NCBI GenBank assembly: GCA_963810475.1
Contig: CAWENY010000015.1
Coordinates: 399-64,398, forward strand
Source: an uncultured beta proteobacterium
GTDB taxonomy: Bacteria > Pseudomonadota > Gammaproteobacteria > Burkholderiales > SG8-39
Length of the DNA: 64,000 bases
Reading direction: 5' to 3'
This document shows positions 18,784-28,008 of this stretch, one piece after another (the stretch's first letter is position 1; each line of letters opens with the position of its first letter). The position numbers and the translations under genes are program-made. The notes below the pieces were generated by a model. That model did no database searches, had not been told where the DNA came from, and saw only the letters and a list, made by a program, of their open reading frames with translations.

Positions 18784-20388
18784 TTAGCCGCCAAACGCAT
18801 AGCCCCGGCCGGGCGCAGCGGCAAACAGGGCCCTGGTGTATTCGTGGCGCGGCGCGAGGAACATTTCGCGCGCCGGTCCGTATTCCACGATGCGGCCGTG
18901 CTGCATGACGGCGACGTGGTTGCATACCTGCGCGGCGACGCGCAGGTCGTGCGTGATGAACAGCATGGCGAGGTCGAGGCGTGTGCGGATCTCCTCGAGC
19001 AACGCGAGCACCTGCGCCTGGACCGAAACGTCGAGCGCTGAAACGGCCTCGTCGGCGACCAGCAGCTCTGGCTCCAGGGCGAGCGCACGTGCGATGCAGA
19101 TGCGCTGGCGCTGTCCGCCGGAAAACTGGTGCGGGTAACGATCGAGCACGTCCGGATCGAGCTTCACCAGCGCGAGCAGGCGGCGGGCGCGCTCGAGCGC
19201 CTCGGCGCGCGGCACGCCGTAATTCAGCGGCCCTTCGATCAGCGCCTGTCCCACGCTGCGGCGCGGATTGAGCGAGCGGTAGGGATCCTGGAACACGATC
19301 TGCACCCGGCGGCGCAGCGGCCGCAGCGCGCGCGGCGTCATGCGCGCGAGATCCGCGCCGCCGAGGCGGATTTCGCCCGCGCTCGGCTTGAGCAAGCGGA
19401 CGATGCAGCGTGCCACCGTCGATTTGCCGGAGCCGGATTCACCGACGATACCCAGCGTCTGGCCCTTGCGCAGCTCGAGGTTGACGTCGCTCGCCGCGCG
19501 GACTTCGCGCCGGCTGCCGAACCAGCCGCGCTCAGCGTAGGTCTTGGAGAGATTCGTCGTTGTCAACACGACCTTCGCGTCGCTGCGCGTTTCGCGCGAG
19601 TGCGGCTCGAGCGTGGGCACCGAGCGGATCAGCATGCGCGTGTACTGGTGCCGCGGCCGCTGCAGGACGTCGTGCTTCGCGCCCATTTCGACCAGCTCGC
19701 CCTCGCGCAGCACGGCGACGCGGTGCGCGATCTCGGCCACCACGCCGAAGTCGTGCGTGATGAACAACACGCCCATGCCGTGCTTCTTTTGCAGCTCGAG
19801 GATCAGGTTCAGGATCTGCGCCTGCGTGGTCACATCGAGCGCGGTGGTGGGCTCGTCGGCGATCAGCAGCACCGGCTCGAGCGCGAGCGCCATCGCGATC
19901 ATGATGCGCTGGCGCTGGCCGCCGGAGAGCTGGTGCGGATACGACGCGAGGATGCGCTCGGGCTCGGGCAGCGCCACCTCGCGCAGCAGATCCAGCACCT
20001 TTCGGCGGCGGGCGCCGGCGGCGTGCTGGCCATGGAAGCGAAGCACCTCCTCGATTTGCGCGCCGCAGCGCATCACGGGGTTCAGCGCCGTCATCGGTTC
20101 CTGGAAGATCATCGCCATGCGCGCCCCGCGCAGCTCGCGGATCCGTGCTTGGCGCGCTCCGTTCAACTCTTCCCCCTCGAGCTGGATGCTGCCGCGGCTA
20201 ACCGGCAACGTCTTCGGCAACAAGCCCATGATCGCCTGCGCGATCACGCTCTTGCCCGAGCCTGATTCGCCCACCAGGCAAAGGATTTCCTTGGGGTGTA
20301 CCTCAAACGACACATCGCTTACGGCCTCCGGACGGTCCCCTCCGGTGGGCAGCGCTACGCTGAGCTGTCGAACTTGGAGAACGCTCAT
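18784..20388 (-). CDS. ABC transporter ATP-binding protein, duplicated ATPase (DppD/DppF fusion type)
   Basis: Two Walker A motifs (GESGSGKS twice) and two ABC signatures (LSGGQRQR twice). 534 aa. Confidence 0.9.
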   Translation of the reverse strand: MSVLQVRQLSVALPTGGDRPEAVSDVSFEVHPKEILCLVGESGSGKSVIAQAIMGLLPKTLPVSRGSIQLEGEELNGARQARIRELRGARMAMIFQEPMTALNPVMRCGAQIEEVLRFHGQHAAGARRRKVLDLLREVALPEPERILASYPHQLSGGQRQRIMIAMALALEPVLLIADEPTTALDVTTQAQILNLILELQKKHGMGVLFITHDFGVVAEIAHRVAVLREGELVEMGAKHDVLQRPRHQYTRMLIRSVPTLEPHSRETRSDAKVVLTTTNLSKTYAERGWFGSRREVRAASDVNLELRKGQTLGIVGESGSGKSTVARCIVRLLKPSAGEIRLGGADLARMTPRALRPLRRRVQIVFQDPYRSLNPRRSVGQALIEGPLNYGVPRAEALERARRLLALVKLDPDVLDRYPHQFSGGQRQRICIARALALEPELLVADEAVSALDVSVQAQVLALLEEIRTRLDLAMLFITHDLRVAAQVCNHVAVMQHGRIVEYGPAREMFLAPRHEYTRALFAAAPGRGYAFGG

Positions 20389-21242
20389 ACGCGTTTCGCC
20401 ATCTTCGGATCCAGTGTGTCGCGCAACCCGTCGCCGAGGATATTGACCGCGAGCACCGTGGCGGCGAGGAACACGCCGGGAAAAAACACGTTGTGCGGAT
20501 AGGCGACGAACTGCACGCGGCCCTCGGCCATGATGTTTCCCCAGGTCGGGATGTCCGGCGGTAGGCCGACACCGAGGAAGGAGAGGATCGATTCCAGCAG
20601 GATGGCGAAGGCGCAGATGTAAGTGCCCTGCACCAGGAGCGGCGCGACGGTATTGGGAAGGATGTGGCCGAACATGATCTTGCCGGTGGGCGTGCCCAGC
20701 GCGACCGCGGCTTCGACGTACGGCTCCTCACGGATCGAGAGCACGAGCGAGCGCACCAGGCGCGTGACGCGCGGAATCTCCGGGATGGCGATCGCCACGA
20801 TCACGGTTGGCAGGCTCGCCCGCCACAGCGCCACGACGGCAATGGCGATGAGAATCGCCGGGATCGCCATCACGCCGTCCATCACACGCATCAGCGGGCC
20901 GTCGAGCCAGCGCAGGTACCCCGCGCCGAGCCCGCAAACCACGCCGAAAGCCAGCGCGACGAGTGCCGACGCGATGCCGACGAGCAATGACACGCGCGTG
21001 CCGTAGAGCACGCGGCTGTAGATGTCGCGCCCGAAGGAGTCCGAACCCATGAGGAAGGTGTGCTTGAGGACCTCGCCCTCGAGCGTCATGATTTCGCCGG
21101 CAGCGCCGGGCTTGAGGTCGCGGCTCGCCGCGTCGAACAGCGTGGGATCCACCGTGCCGAGCCAGGGCGCTGCCGTGGCCAGAACGATCAATACGAGGAG
21201 GGCAACGCCGCCGATACGTACCGACCAGTTCTGCAGAACCAT
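20385..21242 (-). CDS. ABC peptide/nickel-type transporter permease (DppC/OppC-like)
   Basis: Start MVLQNWSVRIGGVALLVL at 21242. BPD-transporter core with EAAVALGTP. Stop overlaps the ATPase start. Confidence 0.9.
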   Translation of the reverse strand: MVLQNWSVRIGGVALLVLIVLATAAPWLGTVDPTLFDAASRDLKPGAAGEIMTLEGEVLKHTFLMGSDSFGRDIYSRVLYGTRVSLLVGIASALVALAFGVVCGLGAGYLRWLDGPLMRVMDGVMAIPAILIAIAVVALWRASLPTVIVAIAIPEIPRVTRLVRSLVLSIREEPYVEAAVALGTPTGKIMFGHILPNTVAPLLVQGTYICAFAILLESILSFLGVGLPPDIPTWGNIMAEGRVQFVAYPHNVFFPGVFLAATVLAVNILGDGLRDTLDPKMAKRV

Positions 21243-22228
21243 CAGTAGCGGATCCGCGGGTCGAGGAACACGTACGACAGGTCGATCACCAGGTTGACCA
21301 GCACATAGATGAAGGAGAAAAACAGGATCACGCCCTGGATGGTGGGAAAGTCGCGCGCCAGCACCGCGTCCACCGTCAGCCGGCCGAGCCCCGGGATGGC
21401 GTACACCGACTCGGTGACCACCACGCCGCCGATCAGGATGGCGATGCCGATGCCGATCACGGTGGCGATCGGTACTGCGGCGTTGGCGAGCGCGTGGCGC
21501 ACGAGCACCCGGATCTCCGGCAAGCCCTTGGCGCGCGCGGTGCGGATGTAGTCCTCGCCCAAGGCCTCGAGGACGCTCGCTCGCGTGACCCTTGCGATCA
21601 ACGCGATGTAGATCACCGAGAGCGTGAGCGCAGGCAGGATCAGGTGGTGAAGGAACGGGAAAAAGCCGTCCGCCAGCCGCCGATAGCCTTGCACCGGAAA
21701 CCAGCCGAGCTGCAGCGACACGATCCAGATCAGGATGTACGCCAGTACGAAAACCGGGACCGAGAAGCCCAGCACCGAGAATCCCATCAGCGCGCGGTCG
21801 AACCATCCGCCGAAGCGCCAGGCCGCGAGCACGCCAAGCGGAATCGAGACCACCACCGCGAAAAGGATGGTGAGCGTCGCGAGCGCCATTGTCGGCTCGA
21901 GGCGCTGGCCGATGAGCTGCGTCACCTGCATCTTGTAGAAGTACGACTGGCCGAGCTCGCCGCGCGCCAGGTTGCCGAGCCAGATGGCGAACTGCACCGG
22001 CAGCGGGCGGTCGAGCCCGAGGCTGGCGCGGATCGCGGTGATCTGCTCGGTGCTCGCCGCGTCGCCGGCGAGGATCGCAGCCGGGTCTCCGGGGGTGAGC
22101 CGGAGCATCAGGAACACCAGCACCGCGACGATCAGGAGAACCGGGATCGTCGCCAGCAGCCGGCGGGCGATGAAGTTAATCAGTTCTTTTTGACGTTCCA
22201 GTAAACGTCGCCGGTGCCGATGACCCAT
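21242..22228 (-). CDS. ABC peptide/nickel-type transporter permease (DppB/OppB-like)
   Basis: INFIARRLLATIPVLLIVAVLVF..., YIRTARAKGL motif. The start is uncertain. The only in-frame ATG (22228) overlaps the binding-protein gene by 49 nt. The family-typical N-terminus begins near 22186, where only CTG/ATT codons occur. Confidence 0.85.
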   Translation of the reverse strand: MGHRHRRRLLERQKELINFIARRLLATIPVLLIVAVLVFLMLRLTPGDPAAILAGDAASTEQITAIRASLGLDRPLPVQFAIWLGNLARGELGQSYFYKMQVTQLIGQRLEPTMALATLTILFAVVVSIPLGVLAAWRFGGWFDRALMGFSVLGFSVPVFVLAYILIWIVSLQLGWFPVQGYRRLADGFFPFLHHLILPALTLSVIYIALIARVTRASVLEALGEDYIRTARAKGLPEIRVLVRHALANAAVPIATVIGIGIAILIGGVVVTESVYAIPGLGRLTVDAVLARDFPTIQGVILFFSFIYVLVNLVIDLSYVFLDPRIRY

Positions 22229-23745
22229 CCGGTGACGTTCTTGCGCGTGGCGAGCGGGTTGACGTACTCGCCGAGCGGGGCATGGGTGCCGATCTCGAAG
22301 GCGCGCACCTGGATCGCCTCGGCCAGCGCTTTCTTCTTGCCGTCGTCCGTCTCGCGCGCGAACTGGTCGCGCAGCTTTTCGATCTGCTCGTCACTCGGCC
22401 AGCCGAACCACGACTTCTCGCCCGCAGCGCCGATCGCCGCGTTGGTGAGCGGGCTCCAGACATCGGGCGCGAGCCACGCGGTGAGGAAGATGTTCCAGCC
22501 GCCCTGCGCCGGCGGCTCCTTCTTCGCGCGGCGGCTGACGACCGTATTCCAGTCCATCGCCTGCAGGTCCACTTTGAAGCCCGCCTGGCGCAGCAGCTGC
22601 GCCGCGACGTCGGGCAGCTTCTGGATCGCGGCGAGGTCGGTGGGCTTGAGGATCACCACCGGCGTGCCGTCATAGCCCGAAGCCTTCAGCATCTCCTGCG
22701 CCTTCTTCATGTTCGACTTGGACTGGATCTCGCTGCCCTTCGACGTGCCGTAGGGAGTGCCGCAGGTGTACATCGAGGCGCAGGTCTTGTAGTACTCCTT
22801 CACGCCAACCTGCGCGCGCAGGAAGGGTTCCTGCTGCATCGCGGCGATCGCCGCCTGGCGCACCTTGGCGTTGTTGAACGGCGGATGCAGGTGGTTGAAG
22901 CGTCCCATGTACTGGAAGCCGAGCGGGTCCTTGTTCACGAGCACCACGCCGTTGGCTTTCTTCAGCTGCTCATAGCTCTCGAATGCCGGGCGCTCGAGGA
23001 CGTCGACCTCGCCGTTGGCGAGCGCATTCACTTGTGCCTGTGCATCGCGCAGCGCGAGGTTCCATTCGACGCGGTCGACGTAGACCTGCTTGCCGCCCGC
23101 GGTGCCGGAGGCAGCTTCCTTGCGCGGGACATACTTCGTATTCTTGACGTAGACCGCCTTGTCGCCGGGCTTGAATTCGTCGCGCCTGAAGACGTACGGG
23201 CCGGAGCCGATGTGCTCCTCGATCTGCTTGTCGGCCGGCGTCTCCGCGATGCGCTTCGGCATGATGAAGGGCACGTTCGACGACGGCTTGCCGAGCGCCT
23301 CGAGCATGATGCCGCACGCTTCGCGCAGGAAGATGCGGAAGGTGTTCGGCGCCGGCGCGTCCATGCGCTCGACGAACGTCATCAGCTTCTGCCCCATGGC
23401 GTCGCGCTTGCCCCAGCGCTCGATCGAAGCGGTGACGTCCTCGCCGGTGACCGGCTTGCCGTCGTGGAACTCGAGCCCCGGGCGCAGCGTGAACGTCCAT
23501 AGGCGCTGGTCGGGACTTACCGTCCACTTATCCACCATCTGCGGCTGCACCTTGTTCTTTTCGTCGGTGCCGAAGAGAGTGTCGTAGATCATGTAGCCGT
23601 GGTTGCGCGCCATGAACTGCGTGGTCCAGATCGGGTCGAGGATCGAGAGATTCGAGTGCGGTACCACGCGCAGGACCTTGTCTTGCGCGTTGGCGCCGCA
23701 AACCATCAGTCCAAGCGTGAACGCGGCGAGAATTCTGCGGTGCAT
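22180..23745 (-). CDS. ABC transporter substrate-binding protein, family 5 (DppA/OppA-like)
   Basis: Signal peptide MHRRILAAFTLGLMVCGANA. 521 aa. Typical RVVPHSNLSILDPIWTT..NHGYMIYDTLFG. Strong AGGAGGA Shine-Dalgarno sequence. Confidence 0.9.
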   Translation of the reverse strand: MHRRILAAFTLGLMVCGANAQDKVLRVVPHSNLSILDPIWTTQFMARNHGYMIYDTLFGTDEKNKVQPQMVDKWTVSPDQRLWTFTLRPGLEFHDGKPVTGEDVTASIERWGKRDAMGQKLMTFVERMDAPAPNTFRIFLREACGIMLEALGKPSSNVPFIMPKRIAETPADKQIEEHIGSGPYVFRRDEFKPGDKAVYVKNTKYVPRKEAASGTAGGKQVYVDRVEWNLALRDAQAQVNALANGEVDVLERPAFESYEQLKKANGVVLVNKDPLGFQYMGRFNHLHPPFNNAKVRQAAIAAMQQEPFLRAQVGVKEYYKTCASMYTCGTPYGTSKGSEIQSKSNMKKAQEMLKASGYDGTPVVILKPTDLAAIQKLPDVAAQLLRQAGFKVDLQAMDWNTVVSRRAKKEPPAQGGWNIFLTAWLAPDVWSPLTNAAIGAAGEKSWFGWPSDEQIEKLRDQFARETDDGKKKALAEAIQVRAFEIGTHAPLGEYVNPLATRKNVTGWVIGTGDVYWNVKKN

Positions 23746-23779
23746 TGGTTATCCTCCTGAGGGACAATTCCAGCCTAAC

Positions 23780-23807
23780 ATGAGTCGAATCGAATGAGTC
23801 GAATCGC
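23780..23807 (+). repeat. 14-nt tandem duplication spanning the mlrC-like start codon
   Basis: ATGAGTCGAATCGA followed by ATGAGTCGAATCGC. The first copy opens a 5-codon ORF (MSRIE) whose TGA overlaps the second ATG. Confidence 0.85.
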
Positions 23808-25296
23808 CATCGGCGGCTTTCAGCACGAGACCAACACCTTCGCGCCCTCGAAGGCGGGCTACCCGGCGTTCGAGGCGGGCGGCGGCTGGCCCGGCGTGCA
23901 ATACGGCGAGCCCATCTTCCGTGCGGTGGAGGGCGCCAACATTCCCGCCGCGGGCGCGATCCAGGCATTGCGCGCGATGGGCCACGCGCTGGTCGGCACC
24001 GCGTGGGCGGCGGCCAGCCCGTCGGCGCACGTCACCGCGGACGCTTTCGAAAGGATCCTGGGGGGCCTGGTCCAGAACCTGGAAGCCGCGGGCAAGGTCG
24101 ACGGCGTCTACCTCGACCTGCACGGCGCCATGGTGTCCGAGGAACATGAGGACGGCGAAGGCGAGATCCTGCGCCGCGTCCGCGCGGCCGTCGGGCCGCG
24201 CGTGCCGATCGTGGCCAGCCTCGACCTGCACGCCAACGTGACGCGCACTATGGTGAACACGGTGGACGCGATGGTCGCGTACCGGACCTATCCGCACGTC
24301 GACATGGCGGACACCGGCGCCCGCGCCGCGCGCCTGCTCGAGCAAATGCTGAAGACCGGACAGCGGCTCGTCGGCGAGTTCCACACGCTCGATTACCTCA
24401 CCGGCATCTCGTCGCAATGCTCGTTCATCGAGCCCTGCAAGAGCATCTACACGGAATTGGGCAAGCTCGAGGAAGCGAGCGGTTGCATGCTCTCGTTCAC
24501 CCCCGGCTTCCCGATGGCGGATTTCGAGGAATGCGGCATGTCGGTGTTCGGCTATGGCCTTGAGGAAAAGCCCGCAAAGGCGGCCGTGCACAAGCTGCGC
24601 GATATCGTCGCCGACGCCGAGAAGGACTTCGCGCTCGAGCTGCACACGGCCGGCGAGGCGGTGCGCCGCGCGCGCGAGCGCGGCGTGCCCGGCAAGCCCG
24701 TGGTGCTTGCCGATACGCAGGACAATCCCGGCGCGGGCGGCAATGGCGACACGACCGGGCTTCTTCGTACCCTGATCGAGCAAAAGGCGCAGGACGCGGT
24801 GCTCGGCCTGCTCATCGATGCGCCTTCGGCGCAACGGGCGCATGACGCCGGGCAGGGCGCGACGGCCGTGTTCTCGCTGGGCGGCATCTCGAAAATTCCG
24901 GGAGATGCGCCGCTGAGCGGCGAGTTCACGGTCGAGCGTCTCGCCGATGGCCGTTTCACGTGCACCGGACCTATGTTCAAGGGGTTTCGCATGACGCTGG
25001 GCAACATGGCGCTGCTGCGCAGCCGCGCCGCGCCCGGTGTGCGCGTGGTGCTCGCTTCGCGCAAGGTGCAGGCCGCCGACCAGGAAATGTTCCGGCACCT
25101 GGGCGTCGAGCCGCGCACCCAGCGCATCATGGCGCTCAAGAGCTCGGTGCACTTCCGCGCCGATTTCGAGCCCATCGCCAAGGAGGTGCTCGTGGTCAAG
25201 TCTCCCGGTCCGGCCCTCGCCGACCCCGCCGAATTCCAATGGACCAAGCTGCGCAGGGGCGTGCGCCTGCGCCCGCTCGGCCCGGAGCGCGCATGA
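23794..25296 (+). CDS. M81-family metallopeptidase (MlrC/microcystinase C-like)
   Basis: N-terminus MSRIAIGGFQHETNTF and overall layout (DLHGAMV, LDLHAN, RTYPHVD) are typical of MlrC-family proteins. Divergent from a peptide ABC importer. Confidence 0.85.
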   Translation: MSRIAIGGFQHETNTFAPSKAGYPAFEAGGGWPGVQYGEPIFRAVEGANIPAAGAIQALRAMGHALVGTAWAAASPSAHVTADAFERILGGLVQNLEAAGKVDGVYLDLHGAMVSEEHEDGEGEILRRVRAAVGPRVPIVASLDLHANVTRTMVNTVDAMVAYRTYPHVDMADTGARAARLLEQMLKTGQRLVGEFHTLDYLTGISSQCSFIEPCKSIYTELGKLEEASGCMLSFTPGFPMADFEECGMSVFGYGLEEKPAKAAVHKLRDIVADAEKDFALELHTAGEAVRRARERGVPGKPVVLADTQDNPGAGGNGDTTGLLRTLIEQKAQDAVLGLLIDAPSAQRAHDAGQGATAVFSLGGISKIPGDAPLSGEFTVERLADGRFTCTGPMFKGFRMTLGNMALLRSRAAPGVRVVLASRKVQAADQEMFRHLGVEPRTQRIMALKSSVHFRADFEPIAKEVLVVKSPGPALADPAEFQWTKLRRGVRLRPLGPERA

Positions 25297-25553
25297 CCAA
25301 CGAAAAAATCAAGGTCAGGAACACCGACTCGGGACAGATCATCGAGGTGGTGGTATTCAGCAAGCGCGCCGATGCCATCGAGGTCGTGCTCGGCGAGGGC
25401 GTGCACAACGTGAAATGCACGCTCACGCCGACGCGCAATGGCTTCGCCTACGCCGGCAAAATCATGGGACGCGAAATCGTCTACGAGCGCAGCCGCGAGC
25501 AGGTGCAGGCGGACATCGACCGGGTCGACCCCCGCTTGAAGAAGTCGCGATGA
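25293..25553 (+). CDS. hypothetical small protein (86 aa)
   Basis: ATGA overlaps at both ends (with mlrC-like upstream and the next gene downstream). Balanced, non-junk composition (MTNEKIKVRNTDSGQIIEVVVFSKR...). No family recognised. Confidence 0.55.
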   Translation: MTNEKIKVRNTDSGQIIEVVVFSKRADAIEVVLGEGVHNVKCTLTPTRNGFAYAGKIMGREIVYERSREQVQADIDRVDPRLKKSR

Positions 25554-26246
25554 CGGGTAACATAAAGGGCGTCATGCCAATGCGTCTTCTGCTGGCCCTC
25601 GCCATCGCGTCAATCGGCAACCTCGCCGCGGCGCAGGAGCTTTATCGCTGGACCGACGAAAAAGGGCGCACGCAGATCACCGACATTGCGCCGCCACCGG
25701 GCGCGAAGGACGTGCGCAAGATCAAGCCCGCCGCCAACACCGCCGCGCCGTCCACGCCCGGCAAGCCTGGCGCCCAGCTGCCCTTCGTGCTCGCGCGGGC
25801 GGTGAAGGAATACCCGATCACGCTCTATACCTCGCCGAACTGCACCGAGCCGTGCAATGCCGCGCGCGACCTGCTCAACAAGCGCGGCGTGCCGTTCAGC
25901 GAGGTTCAGGTCTGGGAAGAGGAAAGCAACGCGGAGCTGAAGCGCGTGTCCGGCAACAACCAGGTGCCGACGCTCAAGGTCGGTAAGATACTACCGTGCA
26001 ACGGGGGCTCGAGCCGGTGCATAGGCGTCGAACCGAGTTCATACGGCGCGCTGCTGGACAGTGCCGGCTACCCGGCCGAGGGCGTGCTGCCCGCCGGGAC
26101 CCAGACCGCGCCCGGCAGTCCCGAAGGCTACGTGGCGCCCGACGCGCGCGACCTGCCGAAGGCAGAGCCGGTGAAGCCGGAGACCGCCGGCCGCGTCGGG
26201 CCCCTACGCACCGGGCGCCCGGCCGCAGCGCGCACAGCCGAAATAG
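25550..26246 (+). CDS. DUF4124 + glutaredoxin-like periplasmic protein (3' end reconstructed across a probable frameshift)
   Basis: Signal peptide. ELYRWTDEKGRTQITD (DUF4124-like). Thioredoxin-fold ITLYTSPNCTEPC...NQVPTLKVG. As read, the frame runs on to 26632. Removing one C from the C4 run at 26201-26204 gives ...GPYAPGARPQRAQPK and a TAG at 26244, immediately before the next ATG. Confidence 0.55.
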
Positions 26247-26579
26247 ATGCTCGCGATCGCCGCGCCACCGCGGTGATCCTGGTCGCGGCATTGCACCTGT
26301 GGTTCCTGGTGCTGGAAATGTTCCTGTGGGACAAGCCGCTCGGCCGACGCACGTTCGGGATGACGCCGGATAAAGCCGCGGCGACGAAGCCGCTCGCCAT
26401 GAACCAGGGGTTGTACAACGGCTTTCTCGCCGCCGGCTTGCTCTGGGGGCTCGCCGCCGGGGTTCAGGTCCAGGTTTTCTTCCTCGCTTGCGTCATCGTG
26501 GCCGGCGTGTTCGGCGCCGTGACCGCGAGCCGGAAGATTCCTCTGGGTGCAGGCGCTGCCCGGCGCTGGTCGCATCTAA
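26247..26579 (+). pseudogene. DUF1304-family membrane protein, two frameshifts as read (possible sequencing artefact)
   Basis: The core ILVAALHLWFLVLEMFLWDKP..AMNQGLYNGFLAAGLLW matches DUF1304. ATG 26247 (MLAIAA) is one frame off the core. The C-terminal KILWVQALPGAGRI-stop is restored only by dropping a C near 26540. Confidence 0.6.
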
Positions 26580-27980
26580 TCCTTGTGCTATTGCGGCCAG
26601 GCGGCGCTGCCGGGGGCGTAGCTCCTCGATGAGCCGCGAGAGCCGCAGCACGCCGGCGTCGTCGAAGCGCCTGCCGATGAGCTGAATGCCGATCGGCAGT
26701 CCTTCGGCGCTGTGAGTCCAGTTGATCGACGCTGCGGGCTGCTCCGACATGTTGTACGGCACGGTGAACGCGATGTGCGGCAGCGCGTCGCGCGGGTCGT
26801 TGCCCGGCGCGGGCAGGTCGGCTTCGTAGGCGAGGATCGGCGAGGTCGGTGAGAGCAGGAATTCATAAGGTTGCGAGGCGGCGACCGCGGCTTCGCGCAT
26901 CGCCATCACCAGGGTGTAGGCCTGCATCACGTCGCGGCCGGAGAAATGCGCTGCGCGCCAACTGCACCATTCGGCGACGAACGGCAGCACCCGCTCGCGC
27001 TTGCCGTCGCCCATGTTCATGATGTCGTGGTAAGAGCGGGCCTCGAAGAAGCGGCACATGCCGTCGAGCATCTCCTCGGTGAGGAATGAGCGGATCGATT
27101 CGACGTGGCAGCCGGCGGCGGCGAGCGCGGTCGCCGCGCTCTCAGCGGCCGAACGCACTTCCGGTTGCACGGAAAGGCCTACGCCCATGTCGGGTAGGAA
27201 GCCAATGCGTACGCCCTTGGGGTCGATCGGTTCGAGCTTCTGAAAATCAAAGTCATGCGCAGGCAGGCTCATGAAATCGCGCGCGTCGGGGCGCGCAATG
27301 ACGCTCATCAGAAGCGCGGCATCGGCGACGCTGCGCGTCATCGGCCCGGTCACGCGGCCGAGATAAGGCGGGTGGACCGGCACTCGCCCGAGCGAAGGCT
27401 TGAGCGCGAAGATGCCGCAATGGGTGGCCGGCAGCCGAACCGAGCCGCCGATGTCGGTGCCGAGGTGCAGCGGCGCGTAGCCCGCCGCCGCGGCCGCTCC
27501 GGCGCCGGAGCTCGAGCCCGATGGGTTGCGGTCCAGGCGCCAGGGATTGCGCGTGATGCCGTGCAGGCTGGAAAGCCCGGACGACAGCATGCCGAAGTCC
27601 GGCATCGTGGTCTTGCCGAGGATTACGCAACCGGCCTCGCGCACGCGCGCCGCGGGCGGGGCGTCGGCGGGCTGCGGCGGCACTTGCTCGTTGGCACGCG
27701 TGCCGATCGGTGCCGGATCGCCGCGGGTGTAGATGTTTTCCTTGATGGTGAGCGGCACACCGTCGAGCGGGGACAGCGGACGACCGCTGCGCCAGCGTGC
27801 CTCCGAGGCGCGCGCCTGCTCGAGCGCGCTTTCACGTTGCACGCGGTACATCGCGTTGATGCGCGGCTCCCACGCGTCGATGCGCTCGAGAAGCGCACGT
27901 GTGACCTGCAGCGGCGAGAGCTCGCCGCGCGAATAGGCCGCCGTCAGCTCGGCGGCGCTGCGCTCGTGAATGGCAGCCAT
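26493..27980 (-). CDS. amidase (amidase-signature family)
   Basis: Start MAAIHERSAAELTAAY at 27980. AS signature NPSGSSSGAGAAAAAGY..GTDIGGSVRLPA. The last ~30 codons look like read-through. Removing one G from the G5 run at 26612-26616 gives ...ELRPGSAAWPQ and a stop at 26588. Confidence 0.85.
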   Translation of the reverse strand: MAAIHERSAAELTAAYSRGELSPLQVTRALLERIDAWEPRINAMYRVQRESALEQARASEARWRSGRPLSPLDGVPLTIKENIYTRGDPAPIGTRANEQVPPQPADAPPAARVREAGCVILGKTTMPDFGMLSSGLSSLHGITRNPWRLDRNPSGSSSGAGAAAAAGYAPLHLGTDIGGSVRLPATHCGIFALKPSLGRVPVHPPYLGRVTGPMTRSVADAALLMSVIARPDARDFMSLPAHDFDFQKLEPIDPKGVRIGFLPDMGVGLSVQPEVRSAAESAATALAAAGCHVESIRSFLTEEMLDGMCRFFEARSYHDIMNMGDGKRERVLPFVAEWCSWRAAHFSGRDVMQAYTLVMAMREAAVAASQPYEFLLSPTSPILAYEADLPAPGNDPRDALPHIAFTVPYNMSEQPAASINWTHSAEGLPIGIQLIGRRFDDAGVLRLSRLIEELRPRQRRLAAIAQGLDATSAGQRLHPEESSGSRSRRRTRRPR

Positions 27981-28008
27981 CGCCAGCCGACTATATACTC
28001 GCCGCCGC

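Noticed and set aside
23749-25239. 496-aa minus-strand ORF, antisense to the mlrC-like gene. Similar long shadow ORFs occur at 42540-44042, 45407-46969, 47284-48783, 49310-50470 and 19129-20265.
   Set aside because: All are antisense to confidently identified genes and have Arg/Ala-dominated composition.
25988-26043. Codon-atypical patch (ATA, CTA, AGT, TCA codons; two extra Cys) in the glutaredoxin-like gene. It includes an imperfect ~20-nt tandem similarity: GGGCTCGAGCCGGTGCATA / GGCGTCGAACCGAGTTCATA.
   Set aside because: Only about 15 of 20 positions match, which could be chance. The region is indel-prone and I cannot establish the ancestral sequence without homologs.
25550-26632. Apparent natural fusion of a periplasmic DUF4124/glutaredoxin protein to a DUF1304 membrane protein
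   Set aside because: Single-base corrections at homopolymers restore separate genes with a TAG-ATG junction and family-typical termini. The fusion is most likely an indel artefact.
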